Source: Octopus vulgaris
Lineage: Eukaryota
Length of the DNA: 64,000 nucleotides
Reading direction: 5' to 3'
Assembly (NCBI GenBank): GCA_951406725.2
Contig: OX597823.1
Coordinates: forward strand, 76,818,001 to 76,882,000
Made by a program: the position numbers and the translations under genes. Within the stretch, counting starts at the first letter, position 1. The number at the start of each line of letters is the position of its first letter. A model generated the notes under the pieces. That model searched no databases and was not told the DNA's origin. It saw only the letters and a program-made list of their open reading frames with translations. Shown in pieces: positions 1-11,928 of the stretch.

Positions 1-224
1 CTTATATAATAGCGAAAAAATGCATTAAAATGGAAAAAAATGATTGTAAATTTTTTTTTAAATCGTAGACTCATCGTAGACGCGCGCTAATACCCAGAAG
101 GGCTCGATATGAATCACGACTATAAGATACCCGGTTTTGGCTAAACTGCACCGCAAAATGTGGGAGTAGTTAGGAATCTAAATCGTAGGAGACAGACACA
201 CAACTTCACTTTTATATATAAAGA
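1..224 (-). mobile_element. Non-autonomous Helitron, copy 1 of tandem array (3' end beyond window start)
   Basis: Minus strand begins TCTTTATATATAAAAGTGAAG at 224. Body matches the complete solo copy at 15841-16237. Confidence 0.85.
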
Positions 225-610
225 CTAGCAGTATCGCCCGGCGTTGCTCGGGTTTGTAAGGGAAATAACTATATAAGCATTTTTAGAGAGTTATAGCCAA
301 AAAATAGCAAAAAAATGCATTAAAAATGGACAAAAAAAATTTAAATCGTTGACTCATCGTAGACATTTTTAGAGAGTTACTTCCCTTATATAATAGCGAA
401 AAAAATTGCATTAAAATGGAAAACAATTATGGTAATTTTTTTTTTAAATCGTAGACTCATCGTAGACGCGCGCTAATACCCAGAACGGCTCGATATGAAT
501 CACGACTTTAAGATACCCGTTTTTGGTTAAACTGCACCGCAAAATGTGGGAGTAGTTTGGAATCTAAATCGTAGGAGACAGACACACAACTTCACTTTTA
601 TATATAAAGA
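225..610 (-). mobile_element. Non-autonomous Helitron, copy 2 of tandem array (complete, 386 bp)
   Basis: 5'-TC at 610, GC hairpin CCCGAGCAACGCCGGG and 3'-CTAG at 225-228. Exact CTAG|TC junctions on both sides. Confidence 0.9.
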
Positions 611-995
611 CTAGCAGTATCGCCCGGCGTTGCTCGGGTTTGTAAGGGAAATAACTATAAAGCATTTTTAGAGAGTTATAGCCAAAAAATAGCAAAAAAA
701 TGGGGAAAAAAATGATGGTCAATATTTTTTGATAGTTAAAAAGGTCGAGTTGCGTCCCCTAGACCATCTGTGGTTTGTGTTTCTGATTGTTGACCCCATG
801 TCGAATTTATCGATCTTTTTCAGAACTGGGGGAACTTTTCAAAATTTTCGCTGCGTTAGTTTTGAATTATGACATTGGGCTATGTTTGTATCAAGTTTCA
901 TCAGAATCGGTTGAAAGCCGTGGTCAGAGTGAGGGTACAACCAAACAGACACACAGAAACACACACAGACAAACTGCCGTTTATATAGAGAGAGA
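611..995 (-). mobile_element. Non-autonomous Helitron, copy 3: different 5'/internal sequence, same 3' end
   Basis: A|TCTCTCTCTATATAAACGGC start at 995. Internal ~280 bp is unlike copies 1-2, while the last ~90 bp, hairpin and CTAG are shared. Confidence 0.8.
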
Positions 996-1618
996 TGTGT
1001 TAGTGGAAAAAAGATGCTGACGTCCACTGACAGTAGCAAAAGGAACGAAAATAACATCAATGAATCGACATAGAGAGGCCTAATCTTGCACACACACACA
1101 CATTATGTTTACATTCATACATACATGCACACATGCATATACGTACGCACTTACAGACATGCACACACATATACACGCTGAGAGCTATAGTAGTTTGTCT
1201 TGCTGAAGAGGTTTGTAGGTTGTTAGGTAAGGGGGCGGGAATAGATAATGTAAGCACTGGCTGTTAAAGACCGACGCCAAAGTATTTATTTATTTATCTT
1301 AATTGGAGTGAAATTTAAAAACAAAAAATCGGTGCTTTAGCGCATGCGCCGTAGTGTAAGCGATTATTGTCTGCTAGACATAATTTTCGTAAATTTCAAC
1401 ATTCAAAAATTTACTGTTACTTTTCTATTATCTATATTAATATTTTGTAATAACCATGAAATGAGCTGGACGACATAATCTATTATGCATACACCATTTA
1501 TAATAATATCCGTGAGACAACTGGCCTATAACAATGGGGAAATATCTATATTAGATACAGAACTTACGATATATTAATAATTAAAACTTTTCACTGTGAA
1601 TTAAATATTTTAAATTAA

Positions 1619-1673
<55 letters not shown>

Positions 1674-1676
<3 letters not shown>

Positions 1677-1825
1677 GCCATGATAAATCAGTAGCCACTA
1701 CACACATCTTTTTTCTTTCTGTGTTCCTTTCTGTTGAAGAGCGTAGGCTCGAAACCTAAAAGACTTTTACAATTCCTGAGCGTTATACTAATACAGCTGT
1801 TTGTTTCCTACATCACCAGTCTTCG
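1674..1825 (+). mobile_element. PLE pseudo-LTR-like fragment next to (TA)n with decayed minimal hammerhead (1727-1762)
   Basis: cttt-CTGTTGA-a-gagc-gtag-gctc-GAAA-CCTA-aaag. Homologous copy at 34330-34510. Confidence 0.55.
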
Positions 1826-1870
1826 TATGTATGTATGTATGTATGTATGTATGTATGTATGTATGTATGT

Positions 1871-2235
1871 AGCCGCAGGAGTGGCTGTGTGATAAGTAGC
1901 TTGATTACCAAACGTATGGTTCCGGGTTCAGTCCCACTGCATGGCACCTTGAGCAGGTGTCTTCTATAGCCTAGGGTCGACCAAACCCTTGTGAGTAGAT
2001 ATGGTAGACGGAAACTGAAAGAAGCCCGTCGTACATATGTGAGTATATGTGTGTGTGTGTGTGAGTATATGTGTGTGTGTTCCCCCCGCAACTGATGCTG
2101 GTCTCTGTAACTTAGCAGTTCGGCAAAAGAGACGATAAAATAAGTATTAAGCTTACAAAGTCCTGGGGTGAGTTTGTTCGACTAAAAGCGGTGCTCCAGC
2201 ATGGCCGCAGTCAACTGACTGAAACAAGTGAAAGA
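1871..2235 (+). mobile_element. tRNA-derived SINE family 1 (CORE-like block, internal TA/TG microsatellite)
   Basis: Head GGAGTGGCTGTGTGGTAAG...GGTTCAGTCCC (A/B-box-like) and a CCTTGGGCAAGTGTCTT-like block. More than 10 copies in the window. Confidence 0.85.
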
Positions 2236-2329
2236 ATATATATAATTCTTTCTACTATAGACACAAGCTCTGAAAATTGGGGGAGAGGGATGCTATCGAT
2301 TCTGCCAGCTCGACGCCTTAATAATAAGG

Positions 2330-2330
<1 letters not shown>

Positions 2331-2384
<54 letters not shown>

Positions 2385-2388
2385 TAAT

Positions 2389-2431
<43 letters not shown>

Positions 2432-2483
2432 GCAGCAGCAGCAACAACAACAACAACAACAACAATAATAATAATAATAATAA
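2331..2483. repeat. Compound trinucleotide microsatellite (AAT)n(AAC)n(AGC)n
   Basis: Read directly; explains the poly-N/poly-L ORFs. Confidence 0.95.
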
Positions 2484-2867
2484 TATAGGGTACTTTTGTT
2501 TTATAAAACATATGCATGTTTCTACAAATTCCTGCCAGGATTACATAACTGAATCATGAGACAATATATAGTTCTTACAGAAACCTGTCTTTACAGTATT
2601 AAGCAAAAGCCACCTGCGCAACTCCCTGCTGTATTTAAGCTTAGAATGCAGCAGTGAAATGAAAGTAGACTTGAAGGAAAAATCAAAACGACGCTTAACG
2701 TTTGTACACACACACACACAGATACACATATACACTCACACATAATCTACTGCACAGTGCATCAGATAATGTTTTTCTTGGTTCAAGTCTGCCCATGCAC
2801 ACTATACTTTGATATGAAAATAAAGATGCATAGCGAAGAATTAAGATTCCTTTAAGTGTTACCAGTA

Positions 2868-3183
2868 TAAGTAGCTTACTTATCAACCACATGGTTCCGG
2901 GTTCAGTCCCACTGCGTGGCACCTTGGGCAAGTGTCTTCTGCTATAGCCTCGGGCCAACCAAAGCCTTGTGAGCGGATTTGGTAGATGGAAACTGAAAGA
3001 AGCCCATCGTATGTATATATATAATATATTATATTTATATATATATATGCATATGTATGCATGTGTATGTGTGTGTTTGTGTGTCTGTGTACAAAGAATA
3101 AGTCCTGGGGTCGATTTGTTCAATTAAAAGGACGGTGCTCCATCATGGCCGCAGTCAAATGACTGAAATAAATAAAAAAATAA
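2868..3183 (+). mobile_element. SINE family 1 copy, 5'-truncated
   Basis: Matches family consensus from AAGTAGCTT onward. Confidence 0.85.
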
Positions 3184-3473
3184 ATATATATATGTGTGTG
3201 TGTGTATGTATGTGTGTATGCACGTATAAGTTGCCTTTGATTTCTTTCTATAATTAACAAAATTCTTTGAACAATTTTTAAATAAAAATAATTTCTTTGC
3301 ACTGTTTACAATGAGACCTGAAACGGTTATTTGTATATTTATTTTCTTTTGATTCATTGAGGCACCTTCGAACGCAAAATATAGTGGTTGCTGTTATGTA
3401 TGTCATACAACAACGTTTCTCTTTTACGATGATAGTATGATCATTACATACTCGATTCACTGTCGTACGGGTA

Positions 3474-3517
3474 TCTGAGACACCGGTGTTTCGGCATGTA
3501 GTCTCTCATCAGTCAAA
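3474..3517 (-). ncRNA. Type I hammerhead-like ribozyme, intact core
   Basis: Minus: ttttga-CTGATGA-gagactacatgcc-GAAA-CACCGGTG-TC-tcaga. Palindromic helix III, GUC site, 5-bp helix I; helix II imperfect. Confidence 0.6.
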
Positions 3518-3720
3518 ATCAACCCAATCGAACCTGCTGGCTTTGTTTTATACTTCTAGCAAACAAATTATTTGCCGATCAGTGCTTAAACCTGCCCACC
3601 GATAGAAAAAAAAATCATTATTCTTACTGAGTGCAGCGAAGCACCGACTGGCAAACAATTTGTTTGCAGATAGTATAAACAAAGCCAGCAGCTTTGTCTA
3701 GGTTCAAAGACCCGGGCGCT

Positions 3721-3761
3721 TCCGGCTGACGAGACACATGCCGGAACACAGGTGTCCCAGA
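3721..3761 (+). ncRNA. Decayed hammerhead-like motif, inverted partner of 3474-3517
   Basis: tccgg-CTGACGA-gacacatgcc-GGAA-CACAGGTG-TC-ccaga; GAAA mutated to GGAA. Confidence 0.5.
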
Positions 3762-3912
3762 ATTCCAAGCGTTAATAAGCCAATACTTATTGAACACTCC
3801 ATCATTCTAAAAGTAAGACGTTATTCTATGAAATTACTACGACCAATGTATTTTGCATTCGAACCTACCTGGATGTATTAAGAATAAGCATACAAATAGT
3901 CATTAATATTTA

Positions 3913-4156
3913 GGTACTATTTAAGAAGAGTGATCCCGGTGCGCGCACTCGCGTACTCGTGCATCCGCGCTAGCTAGTCGTGACTAGTCGATCAAAACGA
4001 CTACCTAGCAAAGTAAATAAAACAAAATAAATATTTTTTTTACACAGAGTAAATAATTTTTTTAAACAAAGTAAATAAAACACAAAAACCCAAATTAAGA
4101 ATCGACTAGTCACGACTAGCTAGCGTGCACCGGGACCACTCTTCTTAAATAGTACC
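3913..4156. mobile_element. MITE with GG-terminal TIRs and 8-bp TSD (Merlin-like)
   Basis: TIR GGTACTATTTAAGAAGAGTG(A/G)TCCCGGTGC plus a second IR block CTAGCTAGTCGTGACTAGTCGAT. TSD AATATTTA at 3905-3912 and 4157-4164. Confidence 0.8.
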
Positions 4157-4369
4157 AATATTTAAATAATTTTGATATTATATTCCCAACATTTTCTCGG
4201 GAACAGTTGTATACAGAGCCTCCCATAACACGTTCGATTATTGAGGCAAAGTTAAGACGTTTGCTTATTGAGGCAAGGTTTACATAAAAGTTAAGCGTTA
4301 AGCTAGTACAAGCATATTTGCAGAGAAGATCCGCCCAAAAAACCTAATATAAATTATCTATGTGGTACC

Positions 4370-4596
4370 TATTTCTTTACTACCTACAAGGGGCTAAACA
4401 CAGAGGGGACAAACAAGGACAGACATGGGTATTAAGTCGATTACATCGACCCCAGTGCGTAACTGGTACTTAATTTATCGACCCTGAAAGAATGAAAGGC
4501 AAAGTCAACCTCGGCGGAATTTGAATTCACAACGTAACGGCAGACGAAATACGCATTTCGCCCGGCGTGCTAACGTTTCTGCCAGCTCGCCGCCTT
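4370..4596 (-). mobile_element. tRNA-derived SINE family 2 (Meta-like core), with TSD
   Basis: Core GCCTTTCAT(C/T)CTTTC(G/A)GGGTCGATAAATTAAGTACCAG and (AAGAAAT) tail. Flanking direct repeat CTATGTGGTACC. Confidence 0.85.
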
Positions 4597-7315
4597 GTAA
4601 ACTACCTATGTGGTACCATATACTATAGCAAGAATTATGGTTTCAGTAAAAGAAAAGAGAACGTCAAATGAAGTAATGTATTTCATGAGTTTTTATAAAA
4701 CTCCAACAGTTTTATTGCTTTCAAAGAAAACACAAGGGTGGAAATTCCCAAAGTACACGAGTATTGTTAGTATGTGTACGTAGGTATCACACATACACAC
4801 ATGTATAATTGTATATATATATATATATATTTATATGCATCTTTATGCATATATAGACACACACATATAGATACAAACACATACACACAAACATACACAT
4901 ATTCACGTGTGCGTGTTTGTAAAGCCTAGCCAGATTATATGACAGACAGTTATAAATCCTAGTTGAATATACATATATGATTAATATATTTTTCTTTCTA
5001 AATCTCTTGGAATTTCAAATTTGGTTTTAATCTATTTATTCAGGTTTGATTTTCATGGCATTCCTATTATTATTGTTTTTGTTGTTGTTGACAGCAACAA
5101 CGTCGACAATAATAACAACTACAACACGGTTACCACCATTTTAATGACAAATTGGTCGAGCAGCATAACAGTCTGAAGCAAAACCCTCTTATCATTTCTT
5201 CCACCATTTCTACTATTAACATCACCTCCGTCTATTGCACTTGCAGCTACAATAACACAAAGCATGGCTGCTGCTAGTTTTTCACAAATGTCCTTGAAGC
5301 AGTAGAATGATTCGATTTATCGGGAGAACAGAAGATAATAAAAATGCTGCATTCGTCGTGTCCCTGAAAATGAAGCAAAGCGCACAAAAATGTATAGTAA
5401 TATACGAACATATATTACCTATAAGAATTGATAGATCGTAAGGTTGAATCTCACCATGGTACAAAAATTACTGATGATTGTATAGGATGCTGAAACTCAT
5501 CACCCACAGTAAGTAATGTGGGACAGTGGACATTAGGCTCCTCTACAGTGAGGTGGGGGCAGGTGAAGAATTACTTCATACTTATAAAGGACATATTCGT
5601 TGGAGTTCTAATAGAAAAAGTGTAACTGCCTGACGAAAGTCAGCACTGGATAACCGGGGACAGACAACAGAAAATGATATTTGTTCCGCGAACTTTCAAA
5701 ACTTTACACACATTACTTTTTCACATGGTTCTGAATATGACATTAAAGTGCATCCGCTGGTCAGACTTCAGTTCTCCTCTGCATCTAAGGAACTTATTCT
5801 GCCCGTACAAAATTCTATTTAACTCAGTAGAAGCAACAAAACCCAGGTTCTTGAACAACACCAAGCAAAACTCTAGGAATAGCGAAGGAAATATCTTCTG
5901 GCTCAGAAGTGCATCTACATGGAAAAGTACCTTGTCCTCTAACAATTTCAACTTGTAGTACAACTCCTTCATCGTACAACGTGGAAGGAATAATTACAGA
6001 TGAAAATGCTAAAAGAAAGAAAAAGGGGTGGGGAAAAGCAGAAAAAATGACTCAACGTTTTGCACCGAAAACAGATAATGAAGAACAATTTCTCTTGAAC
6101 GACAAGATTGCATATCTCTGGAGCAATGGAATATCCCAAAAATTTATAATGGCACAAAAATAGTTAATTTTCAGACTGTAAACAGCATGTAAAAGGCAGA
6201 ATACTAGTAAAATTAAGACATTACATCAAACTTGAAAAAGAATATCTTCAAAATATTAGTGTGTTTTTTTTTTTAATAAAATGTCTCAAAAAATGCATAA
6301 TAGTGCATTTGTTGCACTGAAAAATAGCTTGAGAAGAGTTTAATGTATGAGATCGTGGAGAACCAATCTAGACCTAGCCAGCAAATATTTCAAGTCTTCT
6401 TGAAATAACAACACCTTGTTTGAATTATTGTGTATTTTATTATACAGTTATTATTTCCGTGCAAATATGTGTTTATGCATACATATCTGTAAATGCATAT
6501 GTGTACTCATGTTTGTTTCTGTACTTTTGTGTGTGTGTGTGTGTAATATGTGGACACCTATAAAATTCTTAATACACCCGCTTACATTTTGTATGTCATC
6601 ACCTACCCCACTATGTTGTATTTGTAAACGTATTCTGTTTCTTTTTTTTCACATTCCACGACCGCTTATCTATCTTTGTAAACCCTACTGAAGGTTTCAT
6701 ATGTTTAATATCTCCATGTGGCTAATAAAGAAAAGATTATCGTTCTTGCTGTAGTTTTTAATCCTATTACTCCAAGTTTTGCAAACCAAATATCTTCTTA
6801 CTTAAAACTGGAACTAAGACCATCTAAGGGAACATTCATAAAATATTTCAGGTCTAACAAATATTTGATTGTTAAATAATCTAGCGCAGCATTTGAAATG
6901 GTTTCTAAAATTTAAATACGATAATAGCAGTACATGCATAGTTATAGGCATGTCTATGTGATAACGGCTTTCGCATTGCAACTCCAGAGGTCTGCGTTTG
7001 ATTCCATGATTGAATTACTTTCTCTATTCTTTAAAATTTAGAAAAGGGGTACTAATCGAACGTTAAGCTTAACTTCTTTTCCTCTATATACCTGTCCGAA
7101 AAAGAACAGAGCAGTTTGATGAAATTTCTGATAAACAGAATTTTATTGTTTTCGTACACACACACACACACACAAAAGAAAACGAATGCCGTTACTACAG
7201 AAGACAAAACATCAAGAGAGTTTTTTGTTCTTGCTGTAGTTGTAGCAGTTCATAAAGTATTGTTAGTTGCTTGACGGCTAATGACTTCTAAGTTTTTTCA
7301 TCTTCAAACTGTCCA

Positions 7316-7832
7316 TTGCCTTTCATCCTTTCGGGGTCGATTAAATAAGTACCAGTTACGCACTGGGGTCGATGTAATCGACTTAATCCCTTTGTCTGTC
7401 TTTGTTTGTCCCCTCTATGTTTAGCCCCTTGTGGGCAATAAAAAAATAAGAGACGTTAGCACGCCGGGTGAAATGTTTAGCAGCATTTCGTCTGCGGTTA
7501 CGTTCTGAGTTCAAATTCCGCCGAGGTCGACTTTGCCTTTCATCCTTTCGGGTTCGATTAAATAAGTACCAGTTGCGCACTGGGGTCGATATAATCGACT
7601 TAATCTGTTTGTCTATCCTTCTTTGTCCCCTCTGTGTTTAGCCCCTTGTGAGTAGTAAAGAAATAGGTATTTCGTCAGTCTTTACGTTCTGAGTTCAAAT
7701 TCCGCCGAGGTCTACTTTACCTTTCATCCTTTCGAGGTCGATAAATTAAGTACCACTTGCATACTAGGGTCGATCTAATCGACTGGCTCCCTCCCCAAAA
7801 TTTTTAGGCCTTGTGCCTGGAGTAGAAAAGAA
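7316..7832 (+). mobile_element. SINE family 2 multimer (A-A-B tails)
   Basis: Three successive cores. Junction AAAGAAATA|GGTATTTCGTC at ~7660; last unit ends in the alternative tail GGCCTTGTGCC..GTAGAAAAGAAT. Confidence 0.8.
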
Positions 7833-7852
7833 TATTTGTTCCGATTCTAAGA

Positions 7853-8200
7853 TGGCGAGTTGGCAGAATCGTTAGAACGCTGAGCAGAAGGCTTAATGGC
7901 ATTTTGTCCATCATCCTTTCACCCTTTCGGGATCGATAGGATAAGTACCAGCTGAGCACTGGGTTCGAAGTAATCGATTTATCCTCTCCAACAAACTTGC
8001 TGGTCTTGTTCCAATATTTAAAACCATTATTAGTTCCAAACCTTTGCGTTCTGAGTTCAAATATCCATGAGGTCAACTTGGCGTTTTATCCTTTGCGGTC
8101 AATAAAATAATGTACCAGACTCGTACTATGTTCAACTTTATCAACTAAACTGCTCCGTTGTAAATTAATAGCTTCATGACTAAATTAGGAATAATTGTTT
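7853..8200 (+). mobile_element. Older diverged SINE family 2 fragments
   Basis: GGCGAGTTGGCAGAATCGTTAG head and degenerate cores. Confidence 0.65.
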
Positions 8201-9385
8201 TAATAACAATATGTTAGAAGAATCGTTAGAACTTCGTTCAATATGTTGTGCTATATTTCCCTCAATGATTTACTTTCTGCGTTTAGATCCAGTCAGCCAG
8301 CTTTGCTGTCAGTCCTTCTAGAGTCTAGAGTCCTTCACGAACTAGGTTAAATAGTATCGGCTAATCCCTTTTACAAAACCTTTCTGACATTCTGCCTGAA
8401 TCAGAAGCGATTGTCAGAATTATTTGATGCCCTTTAGTCCTTGTTCAAGTCATATTCAGCAGTCACCCCAGTTCCATTTTCTCACAGTTTTTCAAATGTT
8501 GTTGGTATTTAGCTTCAGGGGGAACTCTGATCACACAAGCTTGTTTACTAAAGACATTCCAACCAGGACCATCCTGCTTTTTGGGGCTATATTTCAGAAT
8601 GTATTAATCAAAGTATTTTTCTTGTGAATTTTAAAGGAGACTTCTGTTCTACATCTTCAGAGCAGAGCAATAATCTGGAGGTCCAAGATTAAAGTAAGCA
8701 GCAGTAGCAGCAATTGCAGCAGCAGCAGTAGTAGTAGTAGTAATAGTGGGCAGTGGTAGTGGTGGTGGTAGTGGTGACGGATTCTATGTCGGTTTTGGCA
8801 ATGGGTAGTCTGACCAGCCAAATGAATTCCTGTTTGTAAAATTCCCAGCTCGAGCCAGCGGAGCTAGACCGAAAGAACAGTAAAAGTCCTGATAGTATGA
8901 CAATTTTTCTGTTTCATGGCGGTAGGCCCCCTCATCTGGGACGTCACGCGCTGTAACACCTTCTCCAGCGGCAACTTGGTCAGCAATTACCCCAGGCTCC
9001 GCAGCTCGTCAGGCTGAGAAAAGCAAATTGTTTGGGTATCGGTTGCTCTCTGACAGGTTTATGGGTCTAGCCTTAGGCAGTGGGGACCTTCAGCGTTCTC
9101 GCCCAGCTGGACCATATCCTTGCTTACCGCTATCGGGACGGAGATGTCTGTTCGCAAGTTCGAGCCCCGTGGGTCACAATAACAGTTTCAGAGCATCTCC
9201 TTCTTTGTCCTCTGAGGCAAGGCCTTTTCCATTTTGTCTGATGGGACCTTGAGGTGGGTCGACTTATAAGAAATTGCATGCTTCACTCCTTTTTATAAAG
9301 TTACTCCATGTGTGTGTGTGTATGTGTGTGTGTGTTTTATGTATGTATGTATGTATGTTTGTATGTATGTATGTATGTATTTATG

Positions 9386-9419
<34 letters not shown>

Positions 9420-9557
9420 TGTATGTATGTATGTATGTGTGTGTTTGTGTGTGTATGTATGTATGTATGTATGTATGTCTATCTTAGAAACCACTGCTAC
9501 CTGTAAATGACTTAAGCAGAGAGATACAATGTGATAAACCTTTGAATTTCAGTAACA

Positions 9558-9592
<35 letters not shown>

Positions 9593-10787
9593 AAGACAGA
9601 GAGAGGTGAGAGAGGGAGAGTGAAGAGAAAAAAGATAGAACAATCAACCCAGCATTGAAATAGTATTTTATTCATCGATTCCGAATTGAAGGAAAAAGTA
9701 TTATTGAGCTCAGCGTGATTTGAAACCAGAGCACCAAAATCTGGAATTGCTAAGTGTGGTAGTATCTGATTGGTGAATAACAGAATCATAAGAGCCTTGC
9801 TGTATTTAGTTATATCGGTTTATATTCTAAGATCAGATCCCTCAAGATCAACATCGCCTTTATTGTTTGCTGTATTTTTCTAGGTCAATAAAATAGACAA
9901 CAGTTAAGTAGTGGAGTGGTTTTTATTTTATGGATTACTTTTTTCCCATAATATTTATGGCCTTGTGCCAATGATAGAAACAGATTTTGTTTTTTATTAT
10001 TATTTGCATTCATTTTTTTGTTAGCTTCCTTTCCCAAGTTATCCTCTGATGTCATAGTTCAAGAAGTTACAAAGGAGGTCAGATTTAAAATACATATGTA
10101 ATAAACAAGTAAATAACAACAAACCCCATAATACAAAACAAAACATTATACGTGTATGATATAACAGCGCGTAAAGGCCAAACACAAAAGTTATCATCCT
10201 CATCATCATTATCATCGTTGTCGTCATCATTGTTATAATCATTAATATTCGTGGTTTGTTGAATATGTCGATAGCTTTCTTCAAAAAAACATTAAGTACA
10301 TATTGAAAAACAGGAATAAAAATAACCATTTTATGAACAAAATATTTTCATATATCGCCGTAGGTACGGCTTTATATTTAAAAAGTGCATCGTCAAAGCA
10401 TGTGATAATTAGTTCGATCCCGCCGTATAGAAACATTGGCAAGTGTTTTCTACTTTAACTTGGGTGGAGTTCATGAGCAAAGTAAACCTAACCGTGAACT
10501 CCTCAGTTTTAAGCTCTCTGTATTTATTTATTTGGGGTAGCATCAGGTGGAGTGAGAGCTCTCCTATAGACCATTGCCCCGAAGAGGCACAATTATCCCA
10601 GTGGACAAATCGTTCGACTTCAATAATTACATGTGTTTACTTAAGGTGAGAGTTGTGTTGATGTATTTTTTCTAATTTTAGCATGTGATATTGTTTGATA
10701 TTATCTAGGCAAGAGTAATTCTCGAAAATATTTTGTACATGCATTAATTAAAAATTAACTACAAACAAATAGCTTTCATTATTAAAA

Positions 10788-10995
10788 CGGCGAACTGGCA
10801 AAATCGTTAGCAGGCCGGGAAAATTACTTAGCTGCATTTCGTCTGTTTTTACGTTCAAATGTTACCGCGGTCGACTTTTTCTTTTATCCTTTCAGGGTCG
10901 CTAAAATAGAGTACCAATCGAGGACTGAAATCAGAGTAATCCATTATCCCACTCTCCCGCACAAAATTCCAGGCTTTGAGCCTATAGTAGAAAGT
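10788..10995 (+). mobile_element. Diverged SINE family 2 copy (B tail)
   Basis: GGCGAACTGGCAAAATCGTTAG head and degenerate core. Confidence 0.7.
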
Positions 10996-11039
10996 ATAAT
11001 AATAGCATTAGTAATAATAATAATAATAATAATAATAAA

Positions 11040-11600
11040 TGCCCTGATGCAGTACCAGGCAGTGGCTCTCATGGCTTCTGATCTTAACTGATTGGAAGTG
11101 TTATCATGTACATTGCTTTGTCCTGGTATAAAAGAAGGGCTACAGCAAATATTCTGCTCAATACCACAGATTTGCTTGTCAGTTGTTTGACCTTAACCAG
11201 CTGAGCATGGCACTTAGTGACCGACGATATGTGCATCTCTGATCACGAGTAGATGTAGTTGGGGAGAATCATAGTCATGTGTTGAGAGGGATTCTTTGGA
11301 GTTTGGATAATTCACCTCTAGAAACATGGGTGTTTCGTTCAACATCCTTAAACAACCTTTATTCATGGATCTTTTGAGCGGGATGGGATACTTGACCAGA
11401 AGAAAATTCTAACTGAGCCCCACCTGCAAGGTCATGTGCTGTTTATCTTGATATGAGATCACCGTGTCGTGTCAGGCACATATTGTTGTGATGCATGTGC
11501 CTGGTGTACCTTTATCAGACGGGTAGTCATGATGGGTATACTGGGCTTCGTATATTTGTACCCCAGTGTCCCTTTGAGGGCATACGCTGCTCTCTCACTC
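11040..11600. repeat. ~560-bp unique-looking block flanked on both sides by (AAT)n; probable interspersed repeat
   Basis: (AAT)n at 11014-11040 and 11601-11666; higher complexity inside; no ORF. Confidence 0.4.
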
Positions 11601-11662
<62 letters not shown>

Positions 11663-11894
11663 TAATATCTATTTGACTAATCGATAAAGTGTAACGTTAC
11701 CTTGGCAAAACTTAAGCATGCATTGCAGCAAACACTGCTTAGTTTTGATCAGAGACATGTCGGTCAATTGTGAGTCAATCTGAAGGACGCACACACACAC
11801 ACATACACACACACACAAACACACATTCAGGAATGTGTACATGCACGCGTACATGCACATACACAACTGCATAGCAGTCAGGATTCTTCTTCTT

Positions 11895-11928
<34 letters not shown>

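Noticed and set aside
1340-1349. GCGCATGCGC (NRF1-like) palindrome
   Set aside because: Single motif with no gene nearby; the same motif occurs inside the mariner at ~57750.
2191-2559. Poly-Asn / poly-Leu ORFs
   Set aside because: Translation of an (AAT)/(AAC) microsatellite plus SINE tail; no coding evidence.
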